A DNA stretch of 64,000 nucleotides, from IMG/VR virus record IMGVR_UViG_3300021142_000004. One strand, 5' to 3'. The number at the start of each line of letters is the position of its first letter. Positions within the stretch are counted from its first letter, which is position 1. Made by a program: the position numbers and the translations under genes. This document shows, one piece after another, positions 38,853 to 46,795 of the stretch. The notes beneath the pieces were generated by a model, which saw only the letters and a program-made list of their open reading frames with translations, had not been told where the DNA came from and made no database searches. Source of the DNA: a virus.

Positions 38853-41105
38853 CTACGAAATATTTTTTGTGATGAAATCTATTGAAGATATATTTTCTTC
38901 TTTTTTAATCATGATTAAATTATCTGACCAGTTTCTTATCAATGTATTATGAGAAATTACAAATATGTGTTCAAAGTAGGTTCTAATCTTCTTAAAGAAC
39001 TCACCAACCATTTCTATATTCTCATCAGCAACTTTACCAAATACTTCATCCATTACAACAATGTTTGGTTTAGGTAATGAAGATATTTTAGTTAATACAC
39101 TTCTTAATGCCAATGATGATATTGTCTTTTCATAACCTGAACCTGAATTCAATGGCTTAACTACTCTTGACTCATTATCAATCATTAAGAACTCAACCTC
39201 ATTCTTTTCATTAATATTTAATTCCAACATGAAATGACAACTATCAGTCAACAATCTAGATAATTCTTGATTTAATAATGGTATCATATTTTTAAGAATA
39301 ATCTTAGATATACCATTCTTACCATAAATTGTTAAGTAGGTTTTAAATACTTGTATCAATTCCTCTTCTGATTTAATCTTTTTAACCAAATCATCATTAA
39401 CCTTTATCTTTTCACCCATATTGGTGATTTGATTTTTGTGTTTTTCGATGAAACCATTAGTTTGTCTGATATCACCATTGGTAGTTTCAATCAATGTTTT
39501 TAAAGTAACAACTTCATTATCAATTTTTTGATTCTCTTCTAATTTTTTCTTGTTACTTTCAAAGTTATCAAGTTTAACTTGTTTCTTGTCAATGTCCAAT
39601 TGTTTTTGTTCTGCCTCCAATTCATGACGAGTTCTACGAAGTTTATTCTTCTCATACTCATCATATTCTTTCTTCAGTAAATTCAATTTTTCATCTTCTT
39701 CTACCCTAAACTTCAATGATGTTTCTACTTCACTAATATGTCCTTCACAATCTTTTATTTCGTATTTTAAATCATTGATTTCATCTGTATGATCCACTTC
39801 TTCTAATGAACGTTTACAAGTTGGACAAACACTTCCTTCCTCTAATTCTTTAATCAATTTAAGTTTTTGATCAATATCATTACGAGTTACTTTAAGGTCA
39901 AAATTAAAGTCAGAAATAGTACTTTTAATACCTTCATGTTTATCTTCATAATAATATTCAGAAGGTTCAAGAACAGAAATTTCATTGGCACTATCTAATG
40001 TTAATTGTTTTTGTCTTTTTAAATCATTAATTTCTTTTAAAAGAACTTCCGGATTAACTTTTATTAGTTCTTGGTCAATGTTATTATTCCTTAAACGTAA
40101 TGCGGTTTCTCTTTTTTCTTCAAGATCTCTTAACCTAACATTAAAATCACCCAATTTTTCAGTTAATTTAATGATTTCACTTTCAGATTCAATTATAGTA
40201 TTTCTACAAAGAGTATTATCATTTTCTAATTGTAATAAGTTATAAGTGTTAGATACCAATTTCTTAGACCATTCATTATAAATTTCTTTACAATTATCTT
40301 CCTTTGCTTTAAGTGCTTCCAAACCTAAAAACTTAGTTAAAATCTGTCCTCTTGCAGTAGGTTTAGATTCAATCAATTCTTCCAAATTATAACCAGTCGT
40401 AAGAATGGTTGAAAGGAAGTCTTCTTGTGTTCCTATTGCAGATTCAATAAACTCTTCTGTTTCTCTTCTTTGTTCACCACTTAAATTAGTTATAGTCCCA
40501 TCTGTATTTTTCTTATAGAACTCCAATTTATTTGTAACAGTATAATCACCCGACCTACTTTTCTTCCTTGTTAAGATCCTTTCAATGAAATAATCCTCAT
40601 TATCAATTGTTATTTCCCCTTTAACTGATAACTCATTTTCATCAGAAAACCTATTGAATATTTCAATATTGGTTTTAGTTTTGGTTGTTGTATTAAAGAA
40701 TAAGAACATCAATAAGTCTACGGACATCGTAGAATTATGCGATAATATCCCATTTGAATAATATTGTTTTACCTCATCTACCTCAATATCTAATAAATCT
40801 TTATAAACACCCGTTGTCATAACAGATTTAATAACATCATTCCCATTTTCTGTTTTTATAATTTGTCCAGGAATTAATTCTTTAACTGGTAAGAATCTAC
40901 CATTTTTTAATTTTATTCTATGGTTTTTAGAACAATTTAAAAATAACCCATCGGAAGTTTCAATTCTATGAACCTCTGAGTTTTTTTCTGTAATTTGACA
41001 ATCCATTATTTTTTTAAATCCATATGGTGTTTTTACTTTTAAATTTAAATCACCATATTTTTCAAATATTGTCTTAATATCACCTATTTTTATTTTTTTA
41101 TTCAT
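38853..41105 (-). CDS. sbcC: Split intein C-half (124 aa) fused to Rad50/SbcC (gp46-like) C-extein
   Basis: VKTPYGF, CSKNH, LLDIEV, LSHN|S; coiled coils, zinc hook CPTC, signature SGSGYE, Walker B VVMDE, ISH. Confidence 0.92.
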   Translation of the reverse strand: MNKKIKIGDIKTIFEKYGDLNLKVKTPYGFKKIMDCQITEKNSEVHRIETSDGLFLNCSKNHRIKLKNGRFLPVKELIPGQIIKTENGNDVIKSVMTTGVYKDLLDIEVDEVKQYYSNGILSHNSTMSVDLLMFLFFNTTTKTKTNIEIFNRFSDENELSVKGEITIDNEDYFIERILTRKKSRSGDYTVTNKLEFYKKNTDGTITNLSGEQRRETEEFIESAIGTQEDFLSTILTTGYNLEELIESKPTARGQILTKFLGLEALKAKEDNCKEIYNEWSKKLVSNTYNLLQLENDNTLCRNTIIESESEIIKLTEKLGDFNVRLRDLEEKRETALRLRNNNIDQELIKVNPEVLLKEINDLKRQKQLTLDSANEISVLEPSEYYYEDKHEGIKSTISDFNFDLKVTRNDIDQKLKLIKELEEGSVCPTCKRSLEEVDHTDEINDLKYEIKDCEGHISEVETSLKFRVEEDEKLNLLKKEYDEYEKNKLRRTRHELEAEQKQLDIDKKQVKLDNFESNKKKLEENQKIDNEVVTLKTLIETTNGDIRQTNGFIEKHKNQITNMGEKIKVNDDLVKKIKSEEELIQVFKTYLTIYGKNGISKIILKNMIPLLNQELSRLLTDSCHFMLELNINEKNEVEFLMIDNESRVVKPLNSGSGYEKTISSLALRSVLTKISSLPKPNIVVMDEVFGKVADENIEMVGEFFKKIRTYFEHIFVISHNTLIRNWSDNLIMIKKEENISSIDFITKNIS

Positions 41106-41169
41106 ATATATTTTAACTTTTATTTATAAAAATATAATATTAGTGGAAAAACTACTGTTAGAAAAAAAA

Positions 41170-41721
41170 TTATTTTAATTCATCAGGTAAAAACCCTAAT
41201 ATTTTAATTATTTCATTTTCATCATATTCAATATCTATTAAAGTTTCTTCATCAACACATTTTCCACCAAAGTTTTTTGGGTTAGATTCCACAGCGGTAA
41301 TACCTTCAAGTTCTGTAAAATCAATAACATTATTACCACCAAATGATAAGAAATTTGAAAATTCAATTCTCTTTATGTACCATTTGTTATAACGAACTTT
41401 ATTTTCATTTAACAAATCAATTGCACCATTAACTTTATTATCTAACCTATCAATCATATCCCATTTAATGTTGATTTTATTTTCTTCAATAAAATCTTTC
41501 ATTAATTTCTTTTGGAACTGATGATCGGTGATACTATCAGAAACTTCCAATGATTTTAGTTTAGTATCATCAGTATTGATGATGTGTTTTGGAACGATTT
41601 GTACGTTTCTTGATCCATACTTATGTTGGAAGTATGTTTTTATTCTTTTAACCTTTTCTTCAGTAAAATTCTCAGGTACATCTTCCCATGTAACCTTAAT
41701 AACCGGTGATTTATATTTCAT
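41170..41721 (-). CDS. sbcC: Rad50/SbcC N-extein (with N-terminal extension) fused to a 29-aa split intein N-half
   Basis: WYIKRIEFSNFLSFG..IDF..GITAVESNPKNFGGK|CVDEETLIDIEYD... Confidence 0.88.
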   Translation of the reverse strand: MKYKSPVIKVTWEDVPENFTEEKVKRIKTYFQHKYGSRNVQIVPKHIINTDDTKLKSLEVSDSITDHQFQKKLMKDFIEENKINIKWDMIDRLDNKVNGAIDLLNENKVRYNKWYIKRIEFSNFLSFGGNNVIDFTELEGITAVESNPKNFGGKCVDEETLIDIEYDENEIIKILGFLPDELK

Positions 41722-41723
41722 AT

Positions 41724-42047
41724 TTAATTTATTCTATTTTCTTCAAAAAATTCTATTATTGCGTTTATTGACCAAACTATACCAGCAGTAAACATACCAT
41801 CAAAAAACATATTAATAAACCATCCAAAATCTGTAAAATATTTGGATACTAAACCACCAAATACTAACGATAAGAAAAATCCAATCCATGTGGATGTACA
41901 AAGTACACATTCAATCAATGCCCCGAAAAACAATGAATTATCTTTTATCCAATTTCTTGGTTTATCAAATATTGACCCATATACCAATATGGTACTCATT
42001 CCGTATGCCATAAATGACCATACTAAAAAAATTACTAAATCTTTCAT
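41724..42047 (-). CDS. DUF1360-like membrane protein
   Basis: TM helices with LIECVLCTSTWIG (CxxC..W). Confidence 0.6.
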   Translation of the reverse strand: MKDLVIFLVWSFMAYGMSTILVYGSIFDKPRNWIKDNSLFFGALIECVLCTSTWIGFFLSLVFGGLVSKYFTDFGWFINMFFDGMFTAGIVWSINAIIEFFEENRIN

Positions 42048-42092
42048 ACTTTTTTTTTTACAATTATAATTAAAAATTTTTATTATACCAAA

Positions 42093-42446
42093 TTATTCAT
42101 CATAAAGATCTTTTTTTGGTGTTACTTTTACCACTGGTTTCTCACCTTCTTTTATCATTTTAGTTGGTGGTGGTTCGGGTGTGTTTGGTGTTGTTTTAGC
42201 AAAAACTTTAATAGCATGTGGGAATGGTAAATTAGATTGATCTAAAAAACCAGCATCTTCCCATTTCTTTATTGTCTCTTTTTTTAAGTCATCCAATGTT
42301 TTTATATTAGGTTTTTCTCCATATTTTAATATTGTAAAACCTTGTTTAAAAACTTCATTTGCTTTACCTTCAATATCTTCAATGTTGTTTAATTTACAAT
42401 ACTGAATAAATTCTTTATCCAAGGTTAAGGAATACTTCTTCTCCAT
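42093..42446 (-). CDS. Hypothetical protein
   Basis: 117-aa ORF. Confidence 0.55.
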   Translation of the reverse strand: MEKKYSLTLDKEFIQYCKLNNIEDIEGKANEVFKQGFTILKYGEKPNIKTLDDLKKETIKKWEDAGFLDQSNLPFPHAIKVFAKTTPNTPEPPPTKMIKEGEKPVVKVTPKKDLYDE

Positions 42447-42711
42447 TCTCTATATCTTTTATATCGTTTATTTTAAAATGTAAAAAAGGACTTTCATTCA
42501 ATACATCATGAAATGTATATTCATCACTTTCCACATCATACAAACCATAACCATGATGGTTAACTGTTTCACCAAAATTTTGTTGTATTAATGAACCTAT
42601 TTGGATAATAGGTATTTTTTTTAATAATTTAATTTTTCCCATAATTCTTTTAATTTTTCTTTTATTTTTTGGTTGATAATTTTTTTTACATTGTATGCAT
42701 TCTTTCTCCAT
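42415..42711 (-). CDS. sbcD: Mre11/SbcD second fragment (probable start MGKIK at 42642)
   Basis: IGSLIQQNFGE..HGYG is the post-motif-V segment of SbcD/gp47 nucleases. Confidence 0.75.
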   Translation of the reverse strand: MEKECIQCKKNYQPKNKRKIKRIMGKIKLLKKIPIIQIGSLIQQNFGETVNHHGYGLYDVESDEYTFHDVLNESPFLHFKINDIKDIENGEEVFLNLG

Positions 42712-42759
42712 GTTTTTGTTGTTTATTATAAAAAAAAGGGATTCAACAAAATTTTAGTG

Positions 42760-43425
42760 TTATATTCTTTTCCAACCTTTTTTTAAATATCCATCAATAT
42801 CTTTTTCATCTATTTCAATTTCTCTTTCTAAATATTTTATATCTCTCTTATGTATATCTCCACATAAAACAATATCACACCCAACAAAGTTTAATTTATC
42901 ATATGCAGTTTCATCAAATTCATATCCCGTATTGGTAGTAAATCCTTGAATAGGACCATGAAATAATCCAACATGAAGTTTATCCTCTTCTACCTCAAAT
43001 TCAGGTCTATTATTGTGTTGGAATAACGAATAGACTATCCAGTTAACATTATCATCAGAATACATTCCACCGTCTCTATAATAGGTTATATTCGGGTTGT
43101 TTAATGTTTCCACAATTGGTGTGATTGTATCTAATCTATTCATATTATTTTCCAAGAAATCATGATTACCCGGTATAATGATAAGTTTACCTATTTTACT
43201 TAATTCATTGAAGAACCAAGTAACTAATACGACTTGTTCATTGGAAATATTAATTTTTTGGTGCACCACATCACCTGTTAAAACTATTCTTATTTCATCA
43301 TATTCAAAACCTTTTAATTTTGGTCTTAAATCAATTAAGAATTCATTTAATTGTTTGTGATAATGTTCGTGTAATAAGAATGTACGAACATGCAAATCTG
43401 AAATGTGTACTATTTTTTTTATCAT
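42760..43425 (-). CDS. sbcD: Mre11/SbcD (gp47-like) phosphoesterase, first fragment
   Basis: HISDLH, TGDVVH, PGNHD, LFHG and GDIHK motifs I-V. Confidence 0.9.
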   Translation of the reverse strand: MIKKIVHISDLHVRTFLLHEHYHKQLNEFLIDLRPKLKGFEYDEIRIVLTGDVVHQKINISNEQVVLVTWFFNELSKIGKLIIIPGNHDFLENNMNRLDTITPIVETLNNPNITYYRDGGMYSDDNVNWIVYSLFQHNNRPEFEVEEDKLHVGLFHGPIQGFTTNTGYEFDETAYDKLNFVGCDIVLCGDIHKRDIKYLEREIEIDEKDIDGYLKKGWKRI

Positions 43426-44279
43426 TTGTTTAAATATTTTTTTACATCCATTGTTAATACTGTGTTTATTATATCCATAGGAACTCTATATTCCTCAAAT
43501 GTTGCATCATCTTTTAACAATACAACAATACACCCAAGTAATTTTAAATTCTCATATTTAGTACCCTTTAACATCTTTAATAGTAGTTTTACATATAATG
43601 GTAACTGAACATAATAATGTCCTAACGCTGTATTATCATATGATTTAAATGGTGGGTACATTTTTTTTGTATATGGTTGTGCAATAAAGTTTTTTGGTTG
43701 GTTTGTTTTATAATCTGAAACACATAATGATATATTAACATTTTGTTTATCCATTATTAACCAAACTTTATCAGGTTGCCCAGTATATCCTAATTCAGGA
43801 TCACCTAACACAATTTCCGTATCCAATAAAACAGCATTCCTTTCTTCCATTAAATCTAAAAATTTATTTCCGGCAATAATCATCGAATCACTTTTTATAA
43901 TTTGACTTTCATCACATTCAAAAATAGGTTGTCTAACTTCTTTATAATTACCATATCTTTTTATCAATTCTTTTTCCAATTCATAATGAACTCTACTACC
44001 CATATTCGTCGAGTAATCTGCAGCATCTTTCCATTTTTTTAATAATAATTCTTGTTCATATAAATCACCTTTTGCCATAGATAGTGATATACCTTCACTA
44101 TCAAAATGTTCATGGAAACATTTAATAACTTTGGATACTGATGGGAATGTATTCTTAACTACACCATCAGTATCTTTCATGAAATAAACGTGTTCATCTT
44201 CAATGAATGTTAATTCTAATTCTTGTCTTCTTTTTTCTAATAACTCTTTTATTTCTTTTGAAGCTTCTTTTAAATCCAT
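43422..44279 (-). CDS. PD-(D/E)XK exonuclease
   Basis: PSVS, GSRVH, E..GQPD..DYKT, YYVQLPLY. Confidence 0.8.
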   Translation of the reverse strand: MDLKEASKEIKELLEKRRQELELTFIEDEHVYFMKDTDGVVKNTFPSVSKVIKCFHEHFDSEGISLSMAKGDLYEQELLLKKWKDAADYSTNMGSRVHYELEKELIKRYGNYKEVRQPIFECDESQIIKSDSMIIAGNKFLDLMEERNAVLLDTEIVLGDPELGYTGQPDKVWLIMDKQNVNISLCVSDYKTNQPKNFIAQPYTKKMYPPFKSYDNTALGHYYVQLPLYVKLLLKMLKGTKYENLKLLGCIVVLLKDDATFEEYRVPMDIINTVLTMDVKKYLNK

Positions 44280-45220
44280 TAATCTAATTGTTTAATTTTG
44301 TAATCACTAAGATTACCTTGTAAATCTGCAATATCCTTATCAATAGGTAATTTTACAATCCATACTTTACCCATTAATTTACCGCAATTTATTTTATGGT
44401 ATAATTTTTCAGCATTATCCCAAGCGTCCCCATCTAACACTATTACAATTTTTTTTGCAGAATCATAAAGTTTTTTAAATAACTTTTCATGTAAAACCTT
44501 ACCTAACATTGGGATTGAATTAGGAAGAAATATACTATCAAAAACTCCTTCAACCAAGTAAATTGTTTCATCCCAATTTATATGATCTTCATTCCATATT
44601 ATAACTTCTTTTTGTGCTTCCGGGTTTTTATATTTTAATTTTGGTTTATTTTGATACGATCTCGCAACAAAATAATTTATCTTATTGTCCTCATCATATG
44701 ATGGGATAATTATCCTACCACCATATTCACCAAGATAACAAAAACCAATATCATATTTTTCAATCATTTCATTGGTTATGTTTCTTTTTTTAAGGTAATT
44801 CCATGCCTGTTTAAAATATGGGGTCATTTTAAAACCAGCACTTACATCTTTAAATCTAATAAACTCTTTTGGTAATCTAACTGGTTTATATTCTCTCTTT
44901 GGAGAATCCTCGTTACTTTCAGGTCTTAGTAATTGAAACTTACCAAGTTGTTTTTTATTTCCGTATTTTTTAATTAATTTAAATAATGTACCATGTGTAC
45001 TATGTGTTTCCGAACATGACCAACATTTAAAGACTTCTTCTTTATAATTGACTTCTAAATTACCTTTTCCATCACCATCATCTAAACCTTTGATTTCATG
45101 GGAGCATACAGGACAATCAAAAGATATTTGTCCTTTATAATCATTATGTAATTTATAATCTCCGAAAATATCTTCGAGAATATCAATCACTGGTGAATAA
45201 TCTACTAATTGTTCGGTCAT
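44279..45220 (-). CDS. DNA primase (Zn-finger plus TOPRIM)
   Basis: CPVC..CWSC, RIIIPS, KYKNP, LVEGVFD, LDGDA. Likely start MTEQ at 45220. Confidence 0.88.
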   Translation of the reverse strand: MTEQLVDYSPVIDILEDIFGDYKLHNDYKGQISFDCPVCSHEIKGLDDGDGKGNLEVNYKEEVFKCWSCSETHSTHGTLFKLIKKYGNKKQLGKFQLLRPESNEDSPKREYKPVRLPKEFIRFKDVSAGFKMTPYFKQAWNYLKKRNITNEMIEKYDIGFCYLGEYGGRIIIPSYDEDNKINYFVARSYQNKPKLKYKNPEAQKEVIIWNEDHINWDETIYLVEGVFDSIFLPNSIPMLGKVLHEKLFKKLYDSAKKIVIVLDGDAWDNAEKLYHKINCGKLMGKVWIVKLPIDKDIADLQGNLSDYKIKQLD

Positions 45221-45225
45221 AAGAA

Positions 45226-45233
45226 CAAATATA
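45226..45233 (-). promoter_or_regulatory. Bacteroidota-type -7 element TATATTTG, 5 nt before the primase ATG
   Basis: TATATTTGTTCTTATG. Confidence 0.55.
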
Positions 45234-45248
45234 GACAAAAAATGTGAG

Positions 45249-45286
45249 AAAAAAAAATGGGTAGAAGTACACCACTACTCCTACCC
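45249..45286 (-). terminator. Intrinsic terminator
   Basis: Minus strand GGGTAGGAGTA-loop-TACTTCTACCC followed by a T run. Confidence 0.7.
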
Positions 45287-45342
45287 CATAAAAATTCAAA
45301 AAGAATCTTTATAATTATTAACCAACCAAAAATAAAAATAAT

Positions 45343-45852
45343 TTAATATAATAACTCCGCACTATTAACCATGATGGTTAATTTTAATTCAGTTGAATAA
45401 TGACTATCGTAACTTAGTGAACCACTATCCAACCTACTTATACTTCCATAAAAAGACCATTCACTTACGACATTGTGAGTATTATCTAACATTTTAATTT
45501 GAAAATGATGATTATTACTTGTTAAATTGGTCATTATTTGATAAAATCTTTTTTGTAATGATGGTGATATTGGATCATGAAAAGTAACAACAACATCATC
45601 CCAACGAATCATACCGTTATTAATTTGACATGATGGTCTTGTAAGATTTTTTACAAAATATTCAGGTATATTAAATTCGGATGGAAAAATCATTAAAAAC
45701 CTATTTTGTTTTAAAGATTCAAAATTATTTGGGGTAAAGTTAATATCTCTTTCAACTAAAAAAACACCAGGGGGTCTAAAACTAGTTCCAATATTAATTA
45801 CAGGTGCCAATGTTTTTTCATCTTCCCTGTATAATTTAAATGGAGTCCTCAT
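45343..45852 (-). CDS. Tail tube protein-like (T4 gp19-like) paralogue
   Basis: KQNRF..FP, TRP, WDDVVVTFHDPISPS, IKMLD..VVSEW, LSYD pattern. Confidence 0.55.
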   Translation of the reverse strand: MRTPFKLYREDEKTLAPVINIGTSFRPPGVFLVERDINFTPNNFESLKQNRFLMIFPSEFNIPEYFVKNLTRPSCQINNGMIRWDDVVVTFHDPISPSLQKRFYQIMTNLTSNNHHFQIKMLDNTHNVVSEWSFYGSISRLDSGSLSYDSHYSTELKLTIMVNSAELLY

Positions 45853-46519
45853 CTATTTTTTTACTTTTCTTTTTAAACTTATTGACAGGTGGTTTATCAC
45901 CTTCTAATTTAATCATATTAACATAACCAATAACGCAAGTTGCAGCATCCGCCATATCAAAGTTTTCTTTTTTCAAATTTCCTTTCTTACCATATAACCA
46001 TTTAATATCAGGACATACCGCATTAACGTGATCCCAAATTACTTGTTTCTTATCAATATCTTTTGGATAACCACCAAATAGAACATTACGTCCTTTTGCA
46101 TTAGGTCCAACTAAACCTGGAAATGCAAACTTTCTTGAGTTATATGTGGAAATAAAAGTTGGGAGAATACCCAGTTCATCATAACATGCCTTTAAAATTA
46201 AAGTATTATACCTTAATAAGGTACTAACAGTATAAACATTATTTGAATTTAATAGAGGTTCTTCAATGATAATTTGAGTGATACCCAAATCTTTATAATT
46301 GGTTAAATGTTTTTTGAAAGCATCTGCCTTCTTAATCATTTCTTCAATTTTATCAACAGGTTGTGGTTTTACTTTGGTGAAAAAGTGTGTTAACTCCAAA
46401 AGATTTGAACCAGTTAAATCAAACAATGCAAAACCGATAACTTTTGTACTAATATCTAAACCGAGTATTTTAGGTTTATTTTTAAATAATTTAATTTTTT
46501 CTTCTATATTTTTTTCCAT
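45836..46519 (-). CDS. RuvC-like Holliday junction resolvase
   Basis: ILGLDIST, IIIEEP and DMADA acidic motifs. Confidence 0.75.
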   Translation of the reverse strand: MEKNIEEKIKLFKNKPKILGLDISTKVIGFALFDLTGSNLLELTHFFTKVKPQPVDKIEEMIKKADAFKKHLTNYKDLGITQIIIEEPLLNSNNVYTVSTLLRYNTLILKACYDELGILPTFISTYNSRKFAFPGLVGPNAKGRNVLFGGYPKDIDKKQVIWDHVNAVCPDIKWLYGKKGNLKKENFDMADAATCVIGYVNMIKLEGDKPPVNKFKKKSKKIDEDSI

Positions 46520-46529
46520 TTTAATTTTT

Positions 46530-46781
46530 TTAACAATATTCCCATTTATAGCCTCCAGCAGATTTAACTTTTCCTAAACAACATTCTGAAATATGCCCGT
46601 TTTTTATTTTTTTTTTCGCCTCATTTATACTATCCCATTCTTTAATTAATTTACCATCCATAGTTAATTGTTTAACTCTTTTTTTTGATGTTGATGAATT
46701 AGAAAGTTTTAAACATAATTCATTAGAAAATTTTTTTCCTTTATTTGGTGATACTCTACCTTTTAAAACTAAATAATAATT
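46530..46781 (-). pseudogene. Homing endonuclease relic (NUMOD3 plus NUMOD1/HTH DNA-binding tail only)
   Basis: LKGRVSPNKGKKFSNELCLKLS..KKRVKQLTMDGKLIKEWDSINEA..ISECCLGKVKSAGGYKWEYC*; no upstream in-frame start or nuclease domain. Confidence 0.8.
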
Positions 46782-46795
46782 TCATATTTGTAAAG

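Noticed and set aside
43422-44279. Cas4/CRISPR adaptation gene
   Set aside because: It lacks the Fe-S cysteine cluster and sits between primase and Mre11, as expected for a replication exonuclease.
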